Shown here in pieces: positions 27,882 through 36,312 of a stretch of DNA of 64,000 nucleotides. The notes under the pieces were generated by a model that made no database searches, was not told where the DNA came from, and saw only the letters and a list, made by a program, of their open reading frames with translations. A program made the position numbers and the translations under genes. Numbering within the stretch: position 1 is the stretch's first letter; each line of letters starts with the position of its first letter. This stretch comes from an uncultured delta proteobacterium (GTDB taxonomy: Bacteria; Desulfobacterota; Binatia; UBA9968), in contig CAWJBB010000030.1 of assembly GCA_963840855.1 (NCBI GenBank), positions 64,001 through 128,000 on the forward strand. The letters are read 5' to 3'.

Positions 27882-29411
27882 CTAATTAGCCAGCAACGTC
27901 TGGGCGTCACGGATCGTCTTGCCGGATGACGTGCGCGGCAGCGACTCGCGTATGACAATTCGATCGGGCACTTTGAAGTTAGCCAGATTGGAGCGCAGAA
28001 AAGTCAGCAGTTCTTTCTCAGCGACACTGGCGCCCGACCGCGGCACGACGGCGGCGCCGATCACTTGACCGCGTTTCGGATCAGGGATCGCGAAAACGAT
28101 CGTCTCCTGGACGCCGGGATAAGTGTAAATCAGATTCTCAACCTCCGCCGGATAGACGTTGAGGCCGCCGGTGATAATCATGTCGTCGCGCCGCCCCAGA
28201 TGATAATAATAGCCATCGGCCTCGCCCTTGCCGACATCCCCGGTATGGAGCCATTCGCCGTGGATGCGCTCCGCGGTGGCCGCGGCCTTGCGAAAGTATC
28301 CTTTCATCACGTGCGGGCCGCGAGTGATGATCTCGCCTGGTTCGCCCACGGGAACTTCGTTGCCATTCTCGTCGACGATCCTCACCTCCACTCCGGGAAC
28401 CGCCCGTCCAATGCTGCCCATCTTGGTCACCGCCCGTTCGGGTTCAACCAGCGTGATTAGCGGCGAAGTCTCGGTAAGCCCGTACCCCTGTATGACTTTG
28501 ATATGGGGCTGTGCCTGCTTGAAAGCTTGCAGCAGCGGCAGCGGCACGCTGGTGCCCATCATAGCCGCGATTTTGACGCTGCTGGTATCGTAGTCGGCAA
28601 GGTTTTTTACGCCCAGTATCAATTGAAAAATAATCGGCACGCCTTCGAAAACCGTCACACGGTGTTTCTGAATCCCCTCGAGCAGCGTGATGGGGTTGAA
28701 CTGATCGAAGATCACGAGCGTATAGCCTTTTTCGGCGACTTCGTTGCACACGATGGGTCCAACGATATGTGACATGGGCAGAATGCAGCCGCGCATGGTA
28801 TCGGAATCGGTGACACCCATGTCGCCCATCACCGCCGGGTATTGCGTCAGGTTGTGATAGCTCAAGACCACGCCCTTGGGCTCGCCGGTGGTGCCCGAGG
28901 TGTAAAGAATCAGCGCGTCGTCGCCCGGCTTCAGCTTCGGTGGACTTAAGGAGGTCGCCGGCGCCGCAAATTTTGCCTCGAAGCTCCGTTCACCGGCAGC
29001 GCCGACGATCCACAGGGGGATCCGCGCCATCGCTTTGAACAGCTCCTCGACTTCGGGTAGTAACTGGTTATGCACCACCAAAAGTTTGAGATCGGCATCC
29101 GTCAAGACGTTTTGCAGCTCGATTCCTTTGAGCCGCGCATCGAGGATGACGGTGACGGCGCCGATCTTTTGCGTGGCGTAGTAGCTCAGGGGAATGGCCG
29201 TGGAATTCGGCAAGAGAACGCCCACCCGATCGCCTTGGCGGATGCCCTCCTGTCGCAGATGGCCGGCCAATGCGTGCACGCGCTGATTGAGCGCGGCAAA
29301 AGTAAGCTCTTCTTCCTTGGCGATGATCGCCGTCTTGTTCGGCTTGCGCTCAGCCGTCTTGTCTAACAACTCCGCCGCGTAAAAGCCTACTGAATGGGTA
29401 TCGTTTGCCAT
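27882..29411 (-). CDS. Acyl-CoA synthetase / class I adenylate-forming enzyme
   Basis: LYTSGTTGEPKG, QGYGLTE, GEIITRGPHVMKGY, HTGD, GGLNVYPAEVE, LPRTSSGK. Confidence 0.93.
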   Translation of the reverse strand: MANDTHSVGFYAAELLDKTAERKPNKTAIIAKEEELTFAALNQRVHALAGHLRQEGIRQGDRVGVLLPNSTAIPLSYYATQKIGAVTVILDARLKGIELQNVLTDADLKLLVVHNQLLPEVEELFKAMARIPLWIVGAAGERSFEAKFAAPATSLSPPKLKPGDDALILYTSGTTGEPKGVVLSYHNLTQYPAVMGDMGVTDSDTMRGCILPMSHIVGPIVCNEVAEKGYTLVIFDQFNPITLLEGIQKHRVTVFEGVPIIFQLILGVKNLADYDTSSVKIAAMMGTSVPLPLLQAFKQAQPHIKVIQGYGLTETSPLITLVEPERAVTKMGSIGRAVPGVEVRIVDENGNEVPVGEPGEIITRGPHVMKGYFRKAAATAERIHGEWLHTGDVGKGEADGYYYHLGRRDDMIITGGLNVYPAEVENLIYTYPGVQETIVFAIPDPKRGQVIGAAVVPRSGASVAEKELLTFLRSNLANFKVPDRIVIRESLPRTSSGKTIRDAQTLLAN

Positions 29412-30382
29412 AGCGCAAATGCCCTTTGAAATGGTTTATACCAGCGCGAAAGTTGCGCCAGTTCGCCGCGTTTGAGTTTCAATTTTCCCTGCTGAGTGGC
29501 GAGAAACGGATCGATGCGCGCGCGAAATACCGCTTCCCACCACTCAACTTTGCCGCTGATCATGAATTCGCCGCCAGCGCTCGGTAGAAGCTCGGTGATC
29601 TCACCATTCAAATATCGCACCGTCCAGGCGTCATTAGTTTCTTCGAGATGGAGCGTCAACGACGTCGTGAGCGCCGTGTCGGCGCCATGGGCGCGAAATT
29701 GGGAATCTTGATTCGCCGAGTCGACCAGCGCCTGCATGTGTTCCTTGGAGAATAGCGCGAAACGCTCACCCGACGCCGTCGCGGCGGGTTGTTCCGGCCT
29801 TGCGCTTGTCGATGCCGCGGCGGCAATCTCCGCTTTCTCGATAAAGAATTGACACTGCACCGCTTCTTCCAGCAAATCGGTGTAGAGGAACGCCTCCTGG
29901 AAATTCTTGCCGATGGCGACCGTGCCATGACCCTTGATGATCACAACTGGATTGTACCTGAGTGCCTCCACTACTTCTTCGGGTTTGGTCACCGTCGGCG
30001 TGTCCTGCGCAATGACGGACACCTTGCCGATGGTATATTTTTCTTCGTAACTCACGGGCGCGAAGCTGTCGTGGGTGAGAGAAAACGCCAGCACCATCGG
30101 CGGGTGGACATGGACGATCGCTTGGGCATCCGTGCCGTCGTAAACCGCCAAGTGCATCGGTGTCTCGCTCGACGCGCGCAGGCCCTTGCGCGCCGGCTTG
30201 CCATCCGATTTCAGCCTGACCAAATCTTTGGGCGCGAGAAAACCCAGTGGCGCGTGCTGTCCGGTGATCAGAAAATCATTCTTACCGACGCGGCAACTCA
30301 AGTTACCGCCCCAGCCGCTGATGAGCCGCCGCTCGAAGAGCAGCTTGCCCCAGCGAATCATTTCGCTTTCCGGCTTGGCCAT
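29387..30382 (-). CDS. Class II aldolase/adducin domain fused to an SCP2 (sterol-carrier-like) domain
   Basis: GNLS, SSETPMH, VHVHP, GHG in the N-domain; C-domain FMISG...W..VF...IDP..A..QGKLKL..G. Confidence 0.85.
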   Translation of the reverse strand: MAKPESEMIRWGKLLFERRLISGWGGNLSCRVGKNDFLITGQHAPLGFLAPKDLVRLKSDGKPARKGLRASSETPMHLAVYDGTDAQAIVHVHPPMVLAFSLTHDSFAPVSYEEKYTIGKVSVIAQDTPTVTKPEEVVEALRYNPVVIIKGHGTVAIGKNFQEAFLYTDLLEEAVQCQFFIEKAEIAAAASTSARPEQPAATASGERFALFSKEHMQALVDSANQDSQFRAHGADTALTTSLTLHLEETNDAWTVRYLNGEITELLPSAGGEFMISGKVEWWEAVFRARIDPFLATQQGKLKLKRGELAQLSRWYKPFQRAFALWQTIPIQ

Positions 30383-30395
30383 TCACTAACCCTGA

Positions 30396-31913
30396 CTAAT
30401 CTTTGAACAATCCCCAGGGAACTACTTCCTCCTCAACGGACCGAACGGCAACGCCGGCGGGGCAGATCTTTTTACCCATGAAGGTCGAAACGTCGCTATC
30501 ACGCGGCGAATCGCTGCGTTCGTCGCCGTTGAAGAGTTCGATGGGCACACCATGCAGACGCGCTAGCTGTACGGCTAGGAGCGATCCGCAGATCCCTGTC
30601 GGCCCTGCTTCGCCCAGGCTACCGTAGAAAAGGCAAAGCTTGAGAATCTCCCCCTGGGCGAATAGCGCACCCATCATGTTGTCCGAAATTAAAGTCGTAG
30701 GCACATTGCGCTCGAGCAGATCCCGCGCGACTACCCGGGCGCCCCAGAGCTGTGGCCGCATCTCGGGGACGAGAACGCTCTCAGCCCGATCTGCCTTTAA
30801 CGCGCTAAGCAAGAATGAATATTGACTCTTTGGCGGAACGCCGTAGAGCAAAATATATTTGCCGCTCGCCTCGCTCTGATTGTCATCGGCTTCAACCTTA
30901 CCCTGATACTTCCGGCAAAAAGATTCCGGCGTGTAGAGATCGTCGAAGCCGACTAAGTGCGTGATCAACGCCGCCGGCGTCATATCGAACGATGGGTAAC
31001 GCGCGCTAAGCCCGCTTAGCCCTCCGGCAACCAGCGGTTGTCCGTCAAAAATCAGCAACTCATGAGCCGGGCGCTCCTCGATACGCACGTCGGTACCGCG
31101 TTCAAGCGAGCGTGGATCTTGTACCAGAGCGTGGAAAGGCACGCCGTACTCCTTTGCCAGCCGCGCGATGGGGTAGGTGCCAACCTTGTTGATGATGTCG
31201 CCATTGCGCGCCGTACGATCCGCGCCGACGATCACGCCGTTGACTTCGCCGTTGGCCATCACTTGCGCGATCGCACAATCGGGGATCGACGACACTGGCA
31301 CGCCCGCTTGTGCGAGTTCCCAAGCGGTCAACCGCGTGCCTTGTAAGTAAGGCCGCGTCTCGGTGGCGATCACGCTGAATTCTTTCCCAAGCTCTTTGCA
31401 ATGCCGCGCCACCGCGACCAATTCGCCGCTCACGTTACAGTGCGTCAGCACGCGGGCCGGATTTGGTAAGATTGCGGCTGCGCGCTTGGCCCGCGCGTGG
31501 CGCCCGCGCACGATCTGCTGGGCCAACTCGAGCGCCTGGCGCGCGATGGTTTCGCCGGCGCCCGCGTCCTGCGGCAACTTCTTACACCATTCTTCGAAGT
31601 AAGAACCCAGGCCCTGGAAATCGAAAGTTGGCCGGGCCGCGCAAAACTGCTCCGTCATCTGGGACAGGCTCCGGCTGAGCGGCGCGGCGTCCACGCCAGA
31701 GTAATTTTGCGCCACCAAGGCGCCGCTGTAAAGAAAGGTCAGTACCTGGCCGAAGGCACGGGTCTTCATGTCGCGCACGGCATCCAGTGCCTGGGCGACT
31801 TCGCTAACATGAATGTACTCAATCTTCTCGGGAACTTGAATTTCGTCGAGAATTTCAAAGCCCCGCCCGCGCCACAGAACCGGCTCGAACAGGGGGCTTT
31901 GAGCGGCGCTCAT
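30396..31913 (-). CDS. Methylthioribose-1-phosphate isomerase (MtnA)-like protein with a duplicated C-terminal domain
   Basis: ILDE..P, RPT, THCN, ETRPYLQGTRLTAWEL, VGADR..NGD..NKVGTY, IEERP, FDMTP; an extra ~150 aa repeats the Rossmann domain. Confidence 0.85.
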   Translation of the reverse strand: MSAAQSPLFEPVLWRGRGFEILDEIQVPEKIEYIHVSEVAQALDAVRDMKTRAFGQVLTFLYSGALVAQNYSGVDAAPLSRSLSQMTEQFCAARPTFDFQGLGSYFEEWCKKLPQDAGAGETIARQALELAQQIVRGRHARAKRAAAILPNPARVLTHCNVSGELVAVARHCKELGKEFSVIATETRPYLQGTRLTAWELAQAGVPVSSIPDCAIAQVMANGEVNGVIVGADRTARNGDIINKVGTYPIARLAKEYGVPFHALVQDPRSLERGTDVRIEERPAHELLIFDGQPLVAGGLSGLSARYPSFDMTPAALITHLVGFDDLYTPESFCRKYQGKVEADDNQSEASGKYILLYGVPPKSQYSFLLSALKADRAESVLVPEMRPQLWGARVVARDLLERNVPTTLISDNMMGALFAQGEILKLCLFYGSLGEAGPTGICGSLLAVQLARLHGVPIELFNGDERSDSPRDSDVSTFMGKKICPAGVAVRSVEEEVVPWGLFKD

Positions 31914-31925
31914 AACTTCAGTAGG

Positions 31926-32000
31926 CGTTCAAGTCGTTCAAATAGTTCCAATCGTTCAAAACGTTTTGAACGACTTGAACGGCTTGAACGTTTTGAACGG
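31926..32000. repeat. Inverted array of 9-nt units (4x GTTCAA-type then 4x TTGAAC-type) forming a long hairpin
   Basis: cgttcaagt cgttcaaat agttccaat cgttcaaaac | gttttgaacg acttgaacg gcttgaacg ttttgaacg. Confidence 0.85.
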
Positions 32001-32082
32001 TGTTTGGTAGCCCGCTCACTACGAGTTTCATTCCCGCATCCTCACTCTGTCATGCGTTTAGCTCGCGCATGAATAAACCCAG

Positions 32083-32817
32083 TTAGAGATATTGCAGCGC
32101 CCTGCGCGCTACTTCGATGGTTTTCTGCTCCGCTGCGAGAAAGACCGGATCGCGAAAGCCGAATTTACCATGTAGACATTCATCGGAAACCGCGAGCACC
32201 GCGCCGGCTTTCTTGCCTCGCACCTGGGCGACGGTCAGAAACGTCGACGTGACCATGTCGATGCTCGAAACATGCTGCTCGTTCAGTTGCCGGATCAATT
32301 CCGGCGTCTCTTGAAATAAGGCGTCGGTGGTGAAGATCCAACCGAGATGGCAGCGTACGCCGAGACTCTCCGCCGCCTGTTTCAAGGCGTTGACAATATC
32401 AGGGTGAGCCAGGGTCGAGAAGCTTTCCGCGACGTAATAACGCGACGTACCATCGCCGCGCAGCGCGCCGGTGACGATTACCAAATCGCCGATTACAACG
32501 TACTCTTGCAACGAGCCGCAGCTACCGATGCGGATCAGCGACTCTGCTCCGGCGCCGCATAGAATCTCCGTGGTGATTGCCGTGTCGGGAGCGTAGCGGC
32601 CGCCGTTGCCGACTGTTACCCGTTTTCCATCCAGGTTCCCGGTATGCATTTCATAGTCTAAAAACGTGAAGTTCCTTTGCGGATTGTCCACGGTTTTCAA
32701 AATTAGATCGCTGCGTTCCTTAGGACCGGGAATCAACGCGTATGGACCAAGTGAGTCCTGTTTGAGCCCCAGCATATTTAACATGCGCTGCGCTGTAAAA
32801 TGAGGTTCCTTTAGCAT
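32083..32817 (-). CDS. Nucleoside phosphorylase (PNP/UDP superfamily), variant active site
   Basis: ALIPG..R, IRIGSCGSL, GDLVIVTGALRGDGTSRYY, TTDALFQE, IDMV in place of VEME, LAVSD; ATG 32817. Confidence 0.85.
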   Translation of the reverse strand: MLKEPHFTAQRMLNMLGLKQDSLGPYALIPGPKERSDLILKTVDNPQRNFTFLDYEMHTGNLDGKRVTVGNGGRYAPDTAITTEILCGAGAESLIRIGSCGSLQEYVVIGDLVIVTGALRGDGTSRYYVAESFSTLAHPDIVNALKQAAESLGVRCHLGWIFTTDALFQETPELIRQLNEQHVSSIDMVTSTFLTVAQVRGKKAGAVLAVSDECLHGKFGFRDPVFLAAEQKTIEVARRALQYL

Positions 32818-32819
32818 GA

Positions 32820-34045
32820 TTAGAGGGCCTGAACGGCGAACTCGAGCAAGTCTTGGGTCGGTAGGCCGAGTTCTTGGCAATCGTTGAAGCTGCGCTGGCA
32901 GAGCGCGCTCGAAGCCAGTAATAATTCAGCGCCGCTCCGCTTGGCTTCCTGCAATCGGTCCGCGGCACTCCATTGGGCCAATTCCGGATCGGCCTCGGGG
33001 ACCCCACCACCGCCGCCGCAACACCAGGCCCAGCGGCGGTTTCGTCCCATCTCGACCAGTTTGACGCCAGGAATCGCGCGGATGATCTCTCGCGGCGGAT
33101 CGTAAACACCGCAGCCCCTGCCGAGGTGACAAGAGTCATGGTAGGTTACCGTCATGCTCACTGCTTTAGTGAAGCTAACGCGCCCCGCGCGCAGGAGATT
33201 TGCGACATGCTCGACGCCGTGAATGATTTCGGCACCCAACTCCGGCTGCTTGGCATGTTCGCGCCAAGCGCGCAGGCAACTACCGCAGGCGACGACTATA
33301 TTTTTGACGCCCGATTGCTTTGATCGTCGCAATATTGTCTTTCTGCAACCGGTCATATTCACGGCGAAAGCCGAGATCATGGGCAAAAAGACCGCAACAC
33401 TTTTCATCGGCGCCGAGAATCGCGAAGTCGTCGCCGGCCCGTTGCATAAGCCGCGCCAACGCCACGGCGCCGCCGCGCCCGCTCGGCCGGTCGGCCGAAC
33501 AACCGGCGAACAGCAAAGTCTTGCGCGGTTGCAGAACCAAGTTTCTTTAATCCCAACCCCTCAGCCCACCCGCCGCGCAACGCTTTGATCTGGCCCCAGG
33601 GATTGTCGTGTTGGTTGAGCCCTTCGTAATGCGAACGGTGCGCTTCGATGGGTCCGTCTTTTTCCGTGATCTCCTCGCGCATGGCGACGGTGATTTCCCA
33701 GGGCCCGTAGCCATCGTCGCGCACGCCGCATAGCTCCTGGCACATGAGACAGTTGGTGCAGGCGTAAATGACCTCTTTGAGTTCCGGCGTGATCGGATCA
33801 AGGCCATGAAAGACGCGCTGGGCCATGAGCCAACGTGACTTCGGCGTATGGCGCTGAAAGCGGTAAAACTCGTAGGGCGGACACTTTTCTTTGGGCCCGG
33901 GAAGGTCCTCCATCGGATTGGCCGGACCATGGCCGTAGCATGACCCGCACAGAACGCAGCCCGCGCTGCGCTCTTCGAGCCCTTTGGCATAAAGCCATCT
34001 CTTGACTCGTTCGAGACCTATCGGTTTCTTGTCTTCAGTTTTCAC
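32820..34045 (-). CDS. (Fe-S)-binding oxidoreductase, HdrD/GlcF/GlpC-like with two CCG domains; frameshifts near 33520 and 33325
   Basis: CVLCGSC..CP and CTNCLMCQELC; HDNPWG; FAGC, EKCCG, CGSC; TYHDSCHLGR, YDPPR, WCCGGGGG spread over three overlapping ORFs. Confidence 0.85.
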
Positions 34046-34062
34046 GATGCTACAGCAAGAAT

Positions 34063-34078
34063 AGTTAATGTGTTAACT
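34063..34078. promoter_or_regulatory. Palindromic operator, probable MarR site
   Basis: AGTTAA-tgtg-TTAACT, located between a TATAAA -10 box (minus strand, about 34078-34083) and the start codon at 34045. Confidence 0.6.
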
Positions 34079-34124
34079 TTATAACCTAAAAACATCTGCT
34101 CAACAAACATCGCCAAGGGATATT

Positions 34125-34625
34125 TCAGGAGTCTTGTTTGAGCTTGCGTAGGAGCGCGGAGAGTTCTTTTTGCTGCGCCTTGTCGAGGTTAGTGAAAATC
34201 CCGGAAATGCTTTTTTCAAATAGCGGGATGGCATTCTTAAAAAGCTTAGCGCCTTTGTCGGTTAACACCACATGCACGACGCGGCGGTCATGCTCATCGC
34301 GTTCGCGCAAAACCAGCTTTTTCTCTGCCAAGCGGTCGACGATGCCGGTCAAGTTGCTCACCGTCACCATCATTTTCGCGCCAATTTCTCCGAATGGAAG
34401 GCGGCCGGCATAGCCGATGGTCGCGAGCACGTAAAACTGCGGTGGAGTAAGACCCTGCTTTTCCAGATCAGCTTCCAACTTTTTGTGCGATTGCAGATTG
34501 AAGCGCAGAAAGCGTACCCATAAACTGGTGGTATAGGACGAAAAGAAGGGCCGCTTGTAAACTACCACGGCGCTCACTCTATTCGCGCCGTCGGGAAAAA
34601 TCAACTCGGTCTTTCTCACTTTCAC
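34125..34625 (-). CDS. MarR-family transcriptional regulator (true start probably near 34568-34577)
   Basis: GLTPPQFYVL, SNLTGIVDRL..KKLV.R....DRR...V.LT.KG. Confidence 0.92.
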   Translation of the reverse strand: MKVRKTELIFPDGANRVSAVVVYKRPFFSSYTTSLWVRFLRFNLQSHKKLEADLEKQGLTPPQFYVLATIGYAGRLPFGEIGAKMMVTVSNLTGIVDRLAEKKLVLRERDEHDRRVVHVVLTDKGAKLFKNAIPLFEKSISGIFTNLDKAQQKELSALLRKLKQDS

Positions 34626-34708
34626 TCGTAGTCGAGCGGTCGATTCAAGTTTGCAAGCGTCTTACCACGGTGTTACCTGAAATTATTTCTGGCCGTGAGG
34701 AGCGAAAC

Positions 34709-35431
34709 ATGAAATTACATATTCTCGGCTGCGGCGACGCCTTCGGCAGCGGCGGGCGCAATCACAGCGGTTATCTCGTCGAGGCCGACCAGCGGATTTT
34801 TCTTTTGGACTGTGGTCCGACGACGCTGCCGGCTATGAAGCGGGCAGGTTTCGATCCGCTCGGCCTCGATGCGATCTTTCTAAGCCATCTCCACGGCGAC
34901 CACTTCGGCGGTATTCCCTTTTTCTTTGTCGACTACCTATATCAGCGCTCGCGCAGCCAGCCGCTGCACATCGCTGGCCCCGCCGGCACTGAGGAAAAAG
35001 TCAGCGATCTCTTCCGGCTAATGTACGGCGCAAGAGACTTGCCACCGGTGGAATTTCACCTCTTGGAGCCGGAAAAGCTTGCGCTGGTCGCGGGCATTGA
35101 GGTTTTTCCCTTCCGCGTGCCGCATCAGATGAGCGATATCTCCTTGGCGCTCAAGGCCAGCTACGGCGGAAAGCAAATTCTGTTCTCCGGCGACTCGGCC
35201 TGGACGGAGCGCTTCATTAACGAGGCCCGCGGCGTGGATTTGTTTCTCTGCGAGTGCTCGTTTTACGATCAGGGCGCCGGCAATCACATCCGCTATCTCA
35301 CGTTAAGGGAGAATCTACCGCGGCTTGAATGCAAGCGTCTCATCCTGACTCACTTGGGGGAAGAAATGCTCGCCCGCCGAAATGAATTGGCAGTGGTCTG
35401 CGCTGAGGATGGGATGGTGATCAATCTCTAA
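34709..35431 (+). CDS. MBL-fold metallohydrolase (RNase BN/Z-like)
   Basis: LGCGDAFGSGGR, LLDCG, SHLHGDHFGG, FSGDS, FLCEC, LTHLG. Confidence 0.9.
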   Translation: MKLHILGCGDAFGSGGRNHSGYLVEADQRIFLLDCGPTTLPAMKRAGFDPLGLDAIFLSHLHGDHFGGIPFFFVDYLYQRSRSQPLHIAGPAGTEEKVSDLFRLMYGARDLPPVEFHLLEPEKLALVAGIEVFPFRVPHQMSDISLALKASYGGKQILFSGDSAWTERFINEARGVDLFLCECSFYDQGAGNHIRYLTLRENLPRLECKRLILTHLGEEMLARRNELAVVCAEDGMVINL

Positions 35432-35440
35432 ATCGGGCAG

Positions 35441-35520
35441 TTTGAATTTGGGAATGGTCACGAAATCTCGTAAATTCGGGTTCAAACTTCGAAGCTTTGA
35501 ACTCTGAACTCGTATCTCGA
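35441..35520. repeat. Degenerate 7-nt-period intergenic repeats
   Basis: gttcaaacttcgaagctttgaactctgaactcgtatctcga; imperfect hairpin. Confidence 0.4.
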
Positions 35521-35934
35521 TGGACCACGGCTCAGCCTTCGACTAACCCTGCGATAGTTTGCGCTGCTCTTCGATGGGTCAATTTCTCCGCAATCTCGGC
35601 TTTTCTAAACTATTGAAATAAATAAGTTTTGCTGGCTAATTTAGAATGTATTTTTACCCACGGGAGAATTGCGAACAAGTCTTCAGCGAAGAAAGTTTGG
35701 CTTAAAATAGCAGGAACGCATCCCACACCCTACCTATGTTCCAATTCCCACCTGACTGCTACTTCGCCGCACATCTTACTTTTTTGTTTAGAGTCTGAGA
35801 ATCTAATTGCTCTGTATATAAAAATAAAACCTCTTTTTAGTTTAATTGTCAAAAACTTGTCATTTTTTTCTTGTCGGGAGGATACCTACTATGTTATAGA
35901 ATGCCGTTAATTGACGATAGGAGTGTGATTTGCC

Positions 35935-36309
35935 ATGTACGATGATTTTCTGGCTAGAATCCTTGAGCCGGATGTTTTCTTACCGTCCCAATTTTATGGA
36001 ACCGGCAGTTTATCCCGGCAGCTTGAAGGTGAAAAGCGGCTCATGATCGCAATCCTTAAAGACGCGGTGGAGTGCCTTGACAAATATCGGGGCGCTCGAA
36101 GCAGCTCGGGCCGAAGCCACTACCTCAATGCGTTGGAATGGGTCCAGGATAGGAGCACCGATTGGCTATTTTCATTTACTAATATCTGCGACCTTTTGGG
36201 GTTCGATCCAGATTATATGCGCGAAGTGCTTCTGAAGCGGGAGAACAAATATGTTAGGCCCGCGCCCGGCACGTTCGTTTCCTACGCTGCCGTTAGCGAG
36301 CAACGCTAG
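35935..36309 (+). CDS. Conserved hypothetical helical protein (paralog of 3801-4253)
   Basis: AGGAG RBS; LEPDVFLPSQFY, EKRLMIAILKDAVEC, EWV..DWLFSFTNICDLLGFDPDYMR. Confidence 0.8.
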   Translation: MYDDFLARILEPDVFLPSQFYGTGSLSRQLEGEKRLMIAILKDAVECLDKYRGARSSSGRSHYLNALEWVQDRSTDWLFSFTNICDLLGFDPDYMREVLLKRENKYVRPAPGTFVSYAAVSEQR

Positions 36310-36312
36310 GCT

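Noticed and set aside
24936-29411. NRPS/PKS-like cluster from the PPTase plus adenylation enzyme
   Set aside because: No carrier-protein, condensation or ketosynthase domain; the genes are separated by unrelated ORFs.
31926-32000. Possible CRISPR array (also 9739-9773 and 62122-62201)
   Set aside because: Units are 7-9 nt, degenerate and inverted, with no unique spacers and no cas genes.
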